A stretch of 64,000 nucleotides of DNA from a virus. The stretch lies in IMG/VR virus record IMGVR_UViG_3300026518_000007, positions 4,253-68,252 of that record, one strand, 5' to 3'. Shown in pieces: positions 27,002 through 38,459 of the stretch. Position 1 is the first letter of the stretch, and the number at the start of each line of letters is the position of its first letter. The translations under genes and the position numbers were made by a program. The notes beneath the pieces were generated by a model. The model did no database searches. It saw only the letters and a list, made by a program, of their open reading frames with translations, and had not been told where the DNA came from.

Positions 27002-28840
27002 TTATGAAAATATCCAAATCTCTTTTTTATCGTCTAATACTAAACCATTAAGAATATATCCATTTCTAAGAGTAGTGATATTACTAATAACCCCACTGCC
27101 ATTATATAATAATTTTTTAACTTTAAAAGAATTATCACTTATATCTAAATAGAAATAATCTAATGTTTTATCAGTATCTTTTCTTTTAGTAGCTTTTATA
27201 TCGCCATTACTGAGAGTAGTAAGATATAAATCTTTATTTCTAAAATCTGATGGTATTACTAAAGAACTAACTATAGTATTATCATTAACGGAATATACAT
27301 ATGTTTTAATCTCACTAGATTTATTAGGAACTATTAAAACTTTATCTGTACCTAAATTAGTACTAGAAACTGATGTGGCTGATTCTACCATAGTTAAAGA
27401 TTGTTTTAGTACTAGCTCATGTATATAACTTTGATTTACTGTATCTATATAGAACACTAATTCATAAACATCAATTTGTTTATCATTGTCTTTATTAAGT
27501 ACTGTTACGAAATAACTATCCGCTACTTCAGAAACAACATTTAAATCCCCTGGATGTACATGAGGAGTTTCTATTGTAAGTGTCTTTAATATATAAATAG
27601 CATCTCTAATAGTATCATAATAGAATAAATCTAATTTAACTAGTTTATTATCGGTATCTACGGTTTGTAAGAAGCCCAAGTTACTATTTAGAAGACGTAT
27701 GGTAAAATCAGAATTAACTGTTAAGTTAGTATCAAATGCCTTAGCATATAGTTTTTCTACTTTATCTAAGATATAAAGAGATAGGTTATTAGTATATATA
27801 TCTACTAAAGGAATCAGGTTAGTAGCAAACTCTTCTGTATTAAATGCTAAATCAGTATTTATTAAATCATAAGGTCCGTCTTTATCTACTTCAGCAAACT
27901 TAGATATAATATAGTTATATGTGATATTTTCATTTATGATTTGTTCTTCTATAGTATTCATAGTTGATATTACGACAGTGTAATCTATAGTATCAGTATT
28001 ACCAGTACTATTAATATATGTTAATAGTAATTTAACTTTATAACTCTCATTGTATTCTAAATCTACAGGTAATGTTATTGTGTTATTAGATACGGTACAC
28101 TCTTCTATAAACACATCTCCCATATTGAAAACTTTAGCAGACGTTACTGTTATACCTATATTACTAGTAGATTTTATAGTTATAGTATTCGGAGTTCTAG
28201 GGTCTAAATTAAATGTATTACCTATTACATCGAAATATACTTTTTTAAGATAAAGTGTTTCTTTATAAACAGGAGAGACAACTGAATGTAATCCACTATG
28301 TGCTATAACTATGGTTACCTTATTCTCACTATTAAAATCTAAATCGTCAGAAGTTATAGATATAACATTCTCTGTTTCACGTATATCGAAAAACTTAGTT
28401 AGTATATATTCTCCATTACCATTAATAATAGATAATACAGTTTTTTCATAACCTATGTTACCATTATATGGAGAAAGTGTTATAGTTAACGACTCACCAG
28501 GCACATACGATAAGTCATCTATATATGGTGTATCTATGGTAAACTTAGGTGCTAAGTAGTCATTAACGTTAGACTCTTCGTTAAATACTGGTTTAGGACC
28601 AATCCATTTTGTATTATTAATGTCATTACCATCACTATCTTTTAAATGTCTTAATGCTTTTATATACCAAATTTCACCAGTAGGTATAATAACATCATTC
28701 TCCCAAGCTAATAAAAAATCACTACTTTTATCAACTTCTTCCTCAATAGTTATACAATCTTTATCTTTACATAATGCCCATGTAGTTGCATAATGCGTAA
28801 CATCACTATCATCGGGCCATTTAGGTATATTAAATATCAT
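27002..28840 (-). CDS. virion structural protein (phiKZ gp28-like; N-terminal Ig/FnIII-like domain)
   Basis: THYATTW..D..I.E..W..WYIKA pattern; upstream of the sheath gene as in phiKZ. Confidence 0.65.
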   Translation of the reverse strand: MIFNIPKWPDDSDVTHYATTWALCKDKDCITIEEEVDKSSDFLLAWENDVIIPTGEIWYIKALRHLKDSDGNDINNTKWIGPKPVFNEESNVNDYLAPKFTIDTPYIDDLSYVPGESLTITLSPYNGNIGYEKTVLSIINGNGEYILTKFFDIRETENVISITSDDLDFNSENKVTIVIAHSGLHSVVSPVYKETLYLKKVYFDVIGNTFNLDPRTPNTITIKSTSNIGITVTSAKVFNMGDVFIEECTVSNNTITLPVDLEYNESYKVKLLLTYINSTGNTDTIDYTVVISTMNTIEEQIINENITYNYIISKFAEVDKDGPYDLINTDLAFNTEEFATNLIPLVDIYTNNLSLYILDKVEKLYAKAFDTNLTVNSDFTIRLLNSNLGFLQTVDTDNKLVKLDLFYYDTIRDAIYILKTLTIETPHVHPGDLNVVSEVADSYFVTVLNKDNDKQIDVYELVFYIDTVNQSYIHELVLKQSLTMVESATSVSSTNLGTDKVLIVPNKSSEIKTYVYSVNDNTIVSSLVIPSDFRNKDLYLTTLSNGDIKATKRKDTDKTLDYFYLDISDNSFKVKKLLYNGSGVISNITTLRNGYILNGLVLDDKKEIWIFS

Positions 28841-28958
28841 AAACAGAACTCCTTGTTATTTTTTAATTAATCATCAAATTAACGATTAACGTACTCTCTT
28901 TAAATACATATTTTAACTAATACACTAAGATGAATAGAGTAAATTTAAAGGATAAATT

Positions 28959-30383
28959 ATGAATATAAAAACACCAAATCCGATGTTTAATAGACCGTTA
29001 ATAAATGTAGGAGCATTATTAGATGTACCTACTGGTTCTTTTGTAAAAGGAGCTAAAGGTGAGATGATATTAAACGGAGGATTAAGTGGGGTAGAAGGAG
29101 TATTAGGCGGAGGCAATACATTTAAATCAACTTTCCAACACTATATGATGTTATCAGCCGTTAACCGTATGAACTACTCGGGTATAGATACTGGGTTACA
29201 TACATATGATACTGAAGATAACATGGCACTTAATATAGAAAAGCTTAATAAACTAAGTAATAACATGGATTATATACCAGATGAACCGTTATACGATGAG
29301 TCAGTATGGAGTGTCATCCCTAAGTCACAAATGAATGCTGATAAATGGATAAACTTTATATATGATTTTGTAGAGAAAAAGAATAAGTCTAAGAAATTAA
29401 TAAAATATGAAGCTTTCTATAATAGGGTTTATAAAAAGATAACAGAGTTACCTAAACCTAACTTCATAGAGATAGATAGTTTTACAGAATTTGAACCAGC
29501 TTCTACTATAGACGTTTTAGAAAAAGGCGATATAGAAAATAGTAATACACTATTTATGAAACAAGGTCTTTTTAAAACTAAAGTATTAAAAGATTTACCT
29601 AGGATATCTAATACATCTAATGTATATTTCTTTTTAACAGCGCATGTCGCTACTAAGATAAATATGGCTACTGGACCATTCGCTTTACAACCTAAAAAAG
29701 ATTTACAGTTCATGAGAGCAGATGAACAGGCTAAGGGAGTAACAAGTAAACTATATTTCCTAACAACGCACTTATGGCAATCTACTGGCGCAACACCTCT
29801 TATTAAAAGAGAGACTAAAACTCCAGAATATCCTGTTAATGATAATGACGTGGAAACTGATTTAAATATATTAAAAATCAAAATGCTTCGCTCTAAATCA
29901 GGTCCATCAGGTTTTGTTTTAGAATTAGTAGTCAGCCAACGTGAAGGTGTATTACCTGCATTAACGGAATTTGATTTTATTAAAAAATCTAAAGAAGGAT
30001 TAGATGGTAATCTTAGATTTTATAACTTAGACATATATCCAGATGTAAAATTAAGTAGAACAACTGTAAGGAACCTTATTGGCAACGATAAGAAACTTAG
30101 AAGAGCTCTTAATATAACAGCAGAGCTTATACAAATGAAAAATTATATGCCACAGTATAAAAGTCTATATTGTACTACTAAAGAACTTTATGAAGATATT
30201 AAAGCATTAGGATATGATTGGGATGATATATTAGAGAACACTAGAGGGTGGTGGACTATTAATCAATATGACCCTAAACTTAAATTAAAATTTCTATCTA
30301 CTTTAGATTTATTAAGAATGAGGGCTCGGTTATACACACCATACTGGTATAAAAAAAATGATAAGAAAAAGGAGAGTAAATAA
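28959..30383 (+). CDS. uvsX: UvsX/RecA-like recombinase (phiKZ gp152-like)
   Basis: LDVPTG, Walker A GGGNTFKST, YDTE, IDSF, TAH, RSKSGPSG, VSQREG. Confidence 0.88.
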   Translation: MNIKTPNPMFNRPLINVGALLDVPTGSFVKGAKGEMILNGGLSGVEGVLGGGNTFKSTFQHYMMLSAVNRMNYSGIDTGLHTYDTEDNMALNIEKLNKLSNNMDYIPDEPLYDESVWSVIPKSQMNADKWINFIYDFVEKKNKSKKLIKYEAFYNRVYKKITELPKPNFIEIDSFTEFEPASTIDVLEKGDIENSNTLFMKQGLFKTKVLKDLPRISNTSNVYFFLTAHVATKINMATGPFALQPKKDLQFMRADEQAKGVTSKLYFLTTHLWQSTGATPLIKRETKTPEYPVNDNDVETDLNILKIKMLRSKSGPSGFVLELVVSQREGVLPALTEFDFIKKSKEGLDGNLRFYNLDIYPDVKLSRTTVRNLIGNDKKLRRALNITAELIQMKNYMPQYKSLYCTTKELYEDIKALGYDWDDILENTRGWWTINQYDPKLKLKFLSTLDLLRMRARLYTPYWYKKNDKKKESK

Positions 30384-30760
30384 TGGATACTGAAAAAATG
30401 TCTAAGGACGAGTTAGCGATAGCATCTATTAAATTAGGTGCTAAGTTATATGAAAATAATAATGGTGAAGGAGATTTGATACATAAAGTATTTAACCCTA
30501 TAGCTGATTCGCATCCTGAAATTTTAAATAAATTAAAAGAGTATTTACCAGATGATTCTGTTTATAAAAAAGATAACCTTTTCCAAAAGATAATCTTGAA
30601 TCACTTGTTTGTCTCTATTCTTCTGAAGAGACGCAGTGAGTCCGGTGACAATGTTGTTAATCTTATAGTTTACTGCGATAACAATTTAAAAAACGATATA
30701 TGGCTAGACGGCATTAATAAAGTAGTCATGCCTTATATATTAAAAATACTACAAGGATAG
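30383..30760 (+). CDS. hypothetical protein
   Basis: Coupled TAATG; AAGGAG RBS. Confidence 0.65.
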   Translation: MDTEKMSKDELAIASIKLGAKLYENNNGEGDLIHKVFNPIADSHPEILNKLKEYLPDDSVYKKDNLFQKIILNHLFVSILLKRRSESGDNVVNLIVYCDNNLKNDIWLDGINKVVMPYILKILQG

Positions 30761-30764
30761 ATAA

Positions 30765-31493
30765 ATGAGACTAGCTGATAAAGTTAAGGTACAAATAAGA
30801 AATGGTGATGTAGATACTAGTGATGTTAAAGTTAATTCTAGAAATAGAAATGTTTTACCGCTATTAGTATTAACCGATGATTTTGTTAATAATAAAAAGA
30901 TTAATGAAGTAACGGTAACGTCTACGGAGCCTAGTAATAAACCTTATTATAGTACTACTGATGAAGACGGTAATGTTACTAATACAGATTTAACATTCTT
31001 ACTAGAGTTAACTACTAGCGGCGGTAGACATAATGTCTTCTATCATGACGATAGATATAATACCTTAATATCGATACCTCTAGTGACTGATATAGAAACT
31101 AAGTATTGGAAAGATAGAGAGATTAATATAAATAGTGTTGTCTATGGTTATAGTAAATATACACAGGATAGCTTTAATCTAACCTTTATGAATGACGATA
31201 CCAACTATAGTTTACCTAAACCTACAGCATCCCTTAATAGTGTTAAGATTATAGATTTATCAATCAGAGGCATTAAAACAAATAATCCAGTTCATAGGGT
31301 TAAAACATCGCAAAATGTACAAGAGTACATAGATATGGATATTGTTACAGTCATAGAGATAAATACTGCTGATATTGGATGGGATAATGCTTTACTTCCA
31401 TTATTTACAATTTTACAAGATACTGAAGTAACACACACGTTAAAATATATTGGTTCTGCTAAAGTAGATAAAGTTTATATACCGCTACCTTAG
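30765..31493 (+). CDS. hypothetical protein
   Basis: AAGGA RBS, in operon. Confidence 0.7.
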   Translation: MRLADKVKVQIRNGDVDTSDVKVNSRNRNVLPLLVLTDDFVNNKKINEVTVTSTEPSNKPYYSTTDEDGNVTNTDLTFLLELTTSGGRHNVFYHDDRYNTLISIPLVTDIETKYWKDREININSVVYGYSKYTQDSFNLTFMNDDTNYSLPKPTASLNSVKIIDLSIRGIKTNNPVHRVKTSQNVQEYIDMDIVTVIEINTADIGWDNALLPLFTILQDTEVTHTLKYIGSAKVDKVYIPLP

Positions 31494-31528
31494 TAGTCGG
31501 TATATATTATAAAAAAGGTTTTTTGGTT

Positions 31529-32191
31529 ATGAAAAATAGAAAAAAAGTAGAAGACTTTATTTTAAAATGGATAGAGAAAATAACTAAGAGTAAAGAAAAT
31601 GTAGAACTATATAAAAATACATTTAAAAAAATGAATGATAAAGAATTCGATATCTTTATGAATAAATTAAGAGGCGGTGATATACTTAATGTTATCATTA
31701 ATCATGACTTATCTAAAAACATAACTGTAGAAAATAATTTAAAATTGGCTAAAGAGCTAGGATTTGCTTTCTTTCAAAAAGTATCTTTTAAAACTAATGA
31801 TGATTTACCTAGAGTTTTAAGTAATGAAAAAATGTTTATTTCATTAATGCCTTTTCGTAGAACTAAACAAACTTCTGATAAAGGTATATCTGTTTCTGAA
31901 AATAGTAAAAAAGTGGATTTACTAACAGGTCAGGTTACTGGTGATAGCAGGAGCTCTAAGATATCATTCCCTGAATTACAGTTACTTAACGGTATGGGTA
32001 TGAAAGATAGTATTAAAGAACTAACTATATATAGAAGTGGTGATACTGGAGCTATGAGAGCTATGAGACAATCTATGCTTAAATTTGGTAGAGTTAATAG
32101 CGACGTTATAGAAAACTACAGCACTGGTACTGTTGGCTCTAAAACACTTAAGTCATATTTTACAGCTATGCATTTAAAAATAAACTTATAA
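31529..32191 (+). CDS. virion RNA polymerase beta C-terminal subunit (phiKZ gp149-like)
   Basis: RRTKQ..K, TGQVTGDSRSSKISFPELQ, RSGD, AMHL. Confidence 0.85.
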   Translation: MKNRKKVEDFILKWIEKITKSKENVELYKNTFKKMNDKEFDIFMNKLRGGDILNVIINHDLSKNITVENNLKLAKELGFAFFQKVSFKTNDDLPRVLSNEKMFISLMPFRRTKQTSDKGISVSENSKKVDLLTGQVTGDSRSSKISFPELQLLNGMGMKDSIKELTIYRSGDTGAMRAMRQSMLKFGRVNSDVIENYSTGTVGSKTLKSYFTAMHLKINL

Positions 32192-32233
32192 CATATATGA
32201 GTCTAATGACTCATATATGTATTATATTTTTTT
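32191..32233. terminator. bidirectional hairpin
   Basis: ACATATATGAGTC-taat-GACTCATATATGT with a T-tract. Confidence 0.8.
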
Positions 32234-32235
32234 AA

Positions 32236-35157
32236 CTATTTAATAGTATATAGTAAATCTACTTCTATATCTTCTACATTACCTATAAAACCATCATTCT
32301 TTAATGTTTTGTTGCTTATATTATCGCTTACTAGTTCTATACTAACATCATCACTATTTAATGCTTCTGTAGTATTGCTATCTGTGGTATAAGTAGGTAA
32401 TAAATGTTTATTATAACTATCAGGTGCATATGTTTCAATATCATCTTTATTAATGTATGTTCTAGTATTATAATTAGGAGTAGTAGTCATTAAATTTTTA
32501 TCTCTTTCATTAGCATATAATGCGTTTTGTCCAGCAGATGTTGACCTAAACGATTTTGTTCTAACATTTTCACCATAAGCTATTTGCGGCATAATGACAG
32601 CTAAAGGAGTATTATTTATAGATTCTACGTCTGTTATAAATGTTTTAAGGTATTCTATATTAGAATTAACTAAATGTTTTTCATTACTATTACTAGTTAA
32701 TATATCATTCTTCATATATTCAGATTTCACATTAGTTTTATACATATTTCTATAAGCTGGTAGATTAGCCAATAGCGTAAAATATGAAATATCTCCGTTA
32801 TCTATCATCACACTATCGTCATTTATTCGTGAGCTATTAGTAACCTTATCGTTATAATTAGTTATCATTAAATCATCAGCTACTTCAACGCCATCGTCAT
32901 AACTGATTCCTCTAGTACCATAATTATAACCATATGCTTTATACGGTAAAACAGCACCTAATGACTCAGTATTAATACTATCTGCGAATGGTATATATGT
33001 TTTAATTTCTTCTATTTTATTATTTAATAATTTATTATCAAATTTACCAACATAAACATCATCATTAGTGTAGTCGGTAGATATTAAATTAGGCCTATAT
33101 AAAGGTTGGTACTGTAGGTTATTGCCTAATATAGGTATACCTGTTATAATGTCATTATACTCTACATAGATAGGTGATTTGTCTACTTTAATAGTATCTA
33201 CTATAAAATCTTCTTTATTAACATCTAAATACTCATCTTTAAAACCTGCTGATGTTATATAATAATCAGCTTCTTCTAAAAGAGTATAATACGCTTGTTT
33301 AACTTCTAGATATGATTTATAACTTAAAGATACATTATTTAAAGTATGGTTATTAATAAACGTATCTTTAAAGTTTATATCCATAAGAAGATTAACAGTA
33401 TAAGATGTAGTATCATTAAAGAAATTTATTACCTTAGTAAATCTAGCTATAACTTCTTCTAAATAGTTAGTGATTAAACCAGTGGTATTAAGAAGTAACC
33501 GTTCTAAAGTATGTTGTAGTAATCTATCTATAGTAAAACTACCTAAATCATTATCTTTAATATTATTCTCTAAATCAGTTTTAGTATACGTATACTCTTT
33601 TTGTATTAACAGATAATTTACTATTTTACGTATATCGTTTTTAGCAGTCAAATCGGTTATATTAGATAAAAGATACCATGCCTTAATCTCAATACCTCTA
33701 ATAGCTTCCATATATTTTTTAAGAGTATCATCATCGGTTATATTTATACTTAAATTAACATCACTTATTAGATAATCATAAATATTACTTAATTTCTCTT
33801 TATACCAAGTATTAGCTAATATAGTATCTTTATCAGGGTTACCTATATAAATACCTGATGTACCTATGGTAAAGTTTTCAGTAGTTATATTTTTTAATTT
33901 ATAAATAATGTATACTAATAGTTTTTCTAAAGCTTCAGGATTAACTTTATATATTTTTAAACTAGTCATACTGTATAGTGTCACTACGTAATTGATTCTT
34001 TTACTACGTATTAGATATATTAGATTACTTATACCTCTAACAATATTATTAGTTTCCGCTACTCTGATTTTTTCAGGTTGGTCTAATAGTAACATCTTAG
34101 TTTTACTATTATTTATAATAGAATCAGAAAGAACTCTATTATATTTCTTATTATCTACATATTTATCATTAATAGTTAAATCATTTTTAAAAAATAAATT
34201 CTGTATAGTTTCTAAATCATACTTAACATTTAATATATTAAATACCGTGTTATTGGCTCTTTTAACTACGAAGTCTACATCTTTTTCATAGAAGCCTTTA
34301 CTTATATTACTATAAGCGCCGTCTATTAAATACGGCTTATTACTATTCATCTCCATAGCACCTACACCATATATATTAGTATCTAAAACAGAAACTAAAA
34401 TTTCATTCAATGTTTTATTCTTACCTATATTATGTTTAAGTCTATCTATATTACCATATAGCCAAATGTTAGTAGGATAGTCAAAAACAGTTGTGTTATT
34501 ATAAATGTGTTTATAAGACAATAGTTTATTACCTAAATGAAACTCATCTACTTTATTAGTTAAAACATTATTAAATTTTAAAGATATAGTATATAGAACT
34601 AACCCGCTATAAAGATTACTTAAAAGAGCTGGTAGGTATAATTCGTCTACCATGTATTTAGGATTATGATAAGCAGCCATAAAGTTACTTATATACTCTT
34701 CTAATTTAGATATAATAGATAACTCATTGTCTTGCAAATACCCACTCTTATAAGATAATATACTATAATTCTCACTAGCTAAAATTGATTCTAAAGAAAA
34801 ATCATTTAAAACCCCTCTTATATAATCAGACATACCAGGGTTATCATTTATTAATTTATTAAATGTTTTATCGAATTTTAATAATTCTTTTTTCATATAT
34901 GGTTTATCTAGTAACAATTGTTTATTAAATAATACCGGATTGATTTCATTAGGTACACTAATATAGACATCGTTATCTAAATTTATTTTATTACCAATCA
35001 TATTCTGATAATACTTACTAAGATGTATCTCAGGAGGACGTTGGTTATTACTTACATATGTGTAATAATCATATTGTTTTCTAATTTCATCTATTTTAAT
35101 AGTTAAACTATTTATAAATATTATAGTTGCTTTGAAATAATCTTCTATGTTTAACAT
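32236..35157 (-). CDS. virion/baseplate structural protein (phiKZ gp128-like)
   Basis: KYYQNMIG, IRGVL, ENELS-like, WLYGNI.RL..NIGK pattern; head-to-head with the portal gene as in phiKZ. Confidence 0.7.
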   Translation of the reverse strand: MLNIEDYFKATIIFINSLTIKIDEIRKQYDYYTYVSNNQRPPEIHLSKYYQNMIGNKINLDNDVYISVPNEINPVLFNKQLLLDKPYMKKELLKFDKTFNKLINDNPGMSDYIRGVLNDFSLESILASENYSILSYKSGYLQDNELSIISKLEEYISNFMAAYHNPKYMVDELYLPALLSNLYSGLVLYTISLKFNNVLTNKVDEFHLGNKLLSYKHIYNNTTVFDYPTNIWLYGNIDRLKHNIGKNKTLNEILVSVLDTNIYGVGAMEMNSNKPYLIDGAYSNISKGFYEKDVDFVVKRANNTVFNILNVKYDLETIQNLFFKNDLTINDKYVDNKKYNRVLSDSIINNSKTKMLLLDQPEKIRVAETNNIVRGISNLIYLIRSKRINYVVTLYSMTSLKIYKVNPEALEKLLVYIIYKLKNITTENFTIGTSGIYIGNPDKDTILANTWYKEKLSNIYDYLISDVNLSINITDDDTLKKYMEAIRGIEIKAWYLLSNITDLTAKNDIRKIVNYLLIQKEYTYTKTDLENNIKDNDLGSFTIDRLLQHTLERLLLNTTGLITNYLEEVIARFTKVINFFNDTTSYTVNLLMDINFKDTFINNHTLNNVSLSYKSYLEVKQAYYTLLEEADYYITSAGFKDEYLDVNKEDFIVDTIKVDKSPIYVEYNDIITGIPILGNNLQYQPLYRPNLISTDYTNDDVYVGKFDNKLLNNKIEEIKTYIPFADSINTESLGAVLPYKAYGYNYGTRGISYDDGVEVADDLMITNYNDKVTNSSRINDDSVMIDNGDISYFTLLANLPAYRNMYKTNVKSEYMKNDILTSNSNEKHLVNSNIEYLKTFITDVESINNTPLAVIMPQIAYGENVRTKSFRSTSAGQNALYANERDKNLMTTTPNYNTRTYINKDDIETYAPDSYNKHLLPTYTTDSNTTEALNSDDVSIELVSDNISNKTLKNDGFIGNVEDIEVDLLYTIK

Positions 35158-35200
35158 TATTTAACCCTTTATACTTAATTTCAAATCAAAAAGGACACTT

Positions 35201-37564
35201 ATGAGAAAAATGAAAAAACCGTCTAAAAATATAGATGCTAGGAATAGTTTATTAAAATCAGCACATGGTTTTATTAATACTGACCAAAATAGTTCTGTAA
35301 AGGCTAAAGACTTAGCTTCTATACAGCAACATAGTAGAAATATATCAGGCATAGTATCCGATATAACGGAGATATTCCCAGATATAGAATTAGTAATAGA
35401 GATAATGACATCTTTAATTATATCACCCAACGATATGCAGAATAATGGGGTTTATTGTAAACTAAATAATTTTAAACTTCCTGTAAATGTGCAAAATATA
35501 ATAATGGATGTAAGTAGGACGTATATTAACGGGGAATATGATTATCTAGATAAATTAGATACCATCATTTCTGAAACCCTATATACACAAGGTTCATATG
35601 TGGAATTAAATATACCACCTAGTAATATAAAGAAACTTCTAGATACTATTAAGAAAACGCCTACTTCCGGGTTAGAAGATATTATGTCATCCAGTAAACC
35701 TATTTTTAGCGAATCTATATCTACATATAAAGAACCTAAAGATAGTCCTATAGAATTTTCAGATAATCCTTTAAATATATGCAGTGATATTTTAAACGAT
35801 ACTATGATTAAAGTAGGAAATGAAGCTTCGTTATTTAACACAGCATATAATGAAACTACTATAGCTTTAGAGAGTATGTTTATAGATAGTAATGGTTATG
35901 GTGTTATGGACGATACTGACATAGACTATAATAAACCTATCATTAAGAAAATGGATAGCTTTAACGTAATACCTGTTTGCGCTAAAAATGACCCTAATAA
36001 ACATTATGGTTATTTTATTTTTCTAGACGATAATGGACTACCTATTAAAGAAACTACATTAACGGTAGATGAGTCTGTTAACATATTTAAAAAAGTAAAA
36101 CATAATATAAAAGGTATAGCTAAAGATACACCTAATATTTCTAACATAGATGATGTTAGGAAAATATTCTTAGGTAATAAACTTAATAGTTATTTAAAAG
36201 AGAGCAAATATAAAAATTTGATAGATAGTAATATAGAAATAGATAATGGACTTCTCTTATCTATAGCTGATACTATTTTAAGCGAAAGTAAGCTTAAGAT
36301 TATTTTTATGCCGGAAGAGCTTGTTAGTTACTATGCCATTAATTATAGGAGTAACGGAACTGGTGAAAGTCTTTTAGAAAGAACAACTGTCCTAGCTAGT
36401 ATAAGAGGTATTATACTATTTACGAACCTTTTATCATATATTAAAAGTAGTACAACTACTACTGAAGTTAATGTAGATTTAGACCCAGAAGACCCTAATT
36501 TTAGAAAAACATCAGAGATGATAATGGGTAACATTATTTCTAATAGACAGGTTAGTCTACCTATAGGTATGCTAAAAGCAGATGACTTCGTAGACTGGAC
36601 ACATAAATTAGGTTATAGTTTCAATTTTAAGCATCCTAGTGCTCCTGATGTTAGCATAGATATAGATGAAAAAAGTGTAGATATAAGTCCTGTAGATAGT
36701 GACTTAAAAGAAAACATAGATAAACTACTTATAACTAGTTTATATTTAACTCCTGAAATATTAGATAATAGCTATAGTCCTGATTTTGCTACAACTGTTA
36801 TAGCTAATAATCTATTACTTAGTAAGAGAGTATCTAAACTGCAGAGAAAGTTTAATATACTTATAACAAAAGATATTAGAAAGAAATTATTATTAGATGG
36901 TAAATTTAAAAATAAAATAAAAGATATATTAGAAACTGAAATTAAAAGTATTAGAAAGTATATATTAAAATCTAATAATCCTAATGTAGATACTGAAATT
37001 ATTAAGAAAGTATCTGATGATGTTCTAATAGAATGGTTAGCTAGTACGACTATTAAACATTTAGTAATAGAATTACCTAAACCTGAAGTTACTGATGATA
37101 GTAATAGTAAGGATTTATTAGATGATTTTATAGATGAAATAGATAAAATAACAGATATATTAATGAGTACTGATGCTATACCTGATGATTTAATAGGTGA
37201 TTTTGGCGATAAGATGGATGATGCTAAAGCAGCTATTAAAGTAATGCTAACTAAGCGTTATATAAGCGAAAATAATATACTACCTGAATTAACTAATATA
37301 TTAACATTAGACGAAGATGGTAATCCTAATAATAATATATTAGAAGAGTTTACATCACATATAGATGTTTTAACAAAACTGATATTACCATTTGTAAAAG
37401 ATACTAATAAGACTAAGAAAATCTTAGATGAAAAAATAGATAAATTAGATAACGCTGAAGATGAGGCTGATGAAGATAACGATAATGATAATGTAGAAGA
37501 TAATGTAGAAGATAATAATGATAACGATACTGAAAATAGTGGAGATGAAACTGATGAGTTATAG
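35201..37564 (+). CDS. portal protein (phiKZ gp129-like)
   Basis: FPDIELVIEIMTSLIISPNDM, GYFIFLD, YYAINY..GTGESLLE, LASIR..LF, VDLDPEDP; acidic tail. Confidence 0.75.
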   Translation: MRKMKKPSKNIDARNSLLKSAHGFINTDQNSSVKAKDLASIQQHSRNISGIVSDITEIFPDIELVIEIMTSLIISPNDMQNNGVYCKLNNFKLPVNVQNIIMDVSRTYINGEYDYLDKLDTIISETLYTQGSYVELNIPPSNIKKLLDTIKKTPTSGLEDIMSSSKPIFSESISTYKEPKDSPIEFSDNPLNICSDILNDTMIKVGNEASLFNTAYNETTIALESMFIDSNGYGVMDDTDIDYNKPIIKKMDSFNVIPVCAKNDPNKHYGYFIFLDDNGLPIKETTLTVDESVNIFKKVKHNIKGIAKDTPNISNIDDVRKIFLGNKLNSYLKESKYKNLIDSNIEIDNGLLLSIADTILSESKLKIIFMPEELVSYYAINYRSNGTGESLLERTTVLASIRGIILFTNLLSYIKSSTTTTEVNVDLDPEDPNFRKTSEMIMGNIISNRQVSLPIGMLKADDFVDWTHKLGYSFNFKHPSAPDVSIDIDEKSVDISPVDSDLKENIDKLLITSLYLTPEILDNSYSPDFATTVIANNLLLSKRVSKLQRKFNILITKDIRKKLLLDGKFKNKIKDILETEIKSIRKYILKSNNPNVDTEIIKKVSDDVLIEWLASTTIKHLVIELPKPEVTDDSNSKDLLDDFIDEIDKITDILMSTDAIPDDLIGDFGDKMDDAKAAIKVMLTKRYISENNILPELTNILTLDEDGNPNNNILEEFTSHIDVLTKLILPFVKDTNKTKKILDEKIDKLDNAEDEADEDNDNDNVEDNVEDNNDNDTENSGDETDEL

Positions 37565-37581
37565 TAAATTATAGTTAAATG

Positions 37582-37620
37582 GATACATGGTCTTATGACC
37601 ATGTATCTCTAACTTTTTTT
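37582..37620 (+). terminator. hairpin terminator
   Basis: GATACATGGTC-ttat-GACCATGTATC; T7. Confidence 0.75.
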
Positions 37621-37625
37621 AGTTA

Positions 37626-37640
37626 TATATTATTAATATG
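37626..37640 (+). promoter_or_regulatory. early promoter motif
   Basis: TATATTATTAATATG. Confidence 0.65.
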
Positions 37641-37713
37641 CAGAAATGCTATATATATAACATTTTTAAGTTTTTTTCATTAAAAAAACTAATTAGAAAC
37701 AAAGGAGTTCTTT

Positions 37714-38448
37714 ATGAACACTAACAGACAACCGCAGCTCACGCCCGTTGGAATAGACAACGCTACAGGACAACCCTGGCTATGGCGTAATGTTGATGGG
37801 CGTTTTTATAGGCTTGACGCTAATCAAAATCTTATAGAAACAGATAACACAGGAAGACCGCTACAAGCAAATATGATGGGAGGACAGATGCCACAACAGC
37901 AGCCTAATCTAACTCCTATTAAAAATGACGCATATGGTAATCCAGTAGCATGGACAGATAACGCTGGTAAATTTTATAAGAATGACGGTAATGGATACTA
38001 TGAAGTTGACCAATATGGAAGACCTTTACAGCATCAGCAACCTAATAATCAGTATACCGCTTTTAACCAAAATACTGCAACAGTAGGATTTAATAGTCCT
38101 AGAAATTATAATAATGATACTGCTGTGAATGACTTAGGCTTTGGTAGCAGCGGTAATGCTAATAGAGGGTCACATGGAGTTAAAGTGCCTCGTACTTATA
38201 TCGATGAGTTAGAAGCTTTTAATAATAATGCAGAATCCGTCGATAGACCTATGAGTGAACAGTATGAGCGAGTTATGACTAAACCTGAATTAAAAGCCGA
38301 ATCATCATTATTGGTGTTAAGTGAAGATGAAGGTTGGGTACCAGAGGAAACTGATAGCCCGTACTTATACGATGAAGAAAAAGAAAGATTAGAGCTTATC
38401 TTAAATAGAGATGCTAAAACTTTCAAATATATAATAGTTAATAAATAA
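37714..38448 (+). CDS. protein with two tandem ~45-aa repeats and Q/N-rich linkers
   Basis: QPxLTP...G.P..W....G.FY..D.N...E.D..GRPLQ twice; AAGGAG RBS. Confidence 0.8.
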   Translation: MNTNRQPQLTPVGIDNATGQPWLWRNVDGRFYRLDANQNLIETDNTGRPLQANMMGGQMPQQQPNLTPIKNDAYGNPVAWTDNAGKFYKNDGNGYYEVDQYGRPLQHQQPNNQYTAFNQNTATVGFNSPRNYNNDTAVNDLGFGSSGNANRGSHGVKVPRTYIDELEAFNNNAESVDRPMSEQYERVMTKPELKAESSLLVLSEDEGWVPEETDSPYLYDEEKERLELILNRDAKTFKYIIVNK

Positions 38449-38459
38449 AAGGAAAAAAT

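Noticed and set aside
37440-37564. GATAATGTAGAA and GATAAC repeats at the end of the portal gene
   Set aside because: Explained by the low-complexity acidic protein tail
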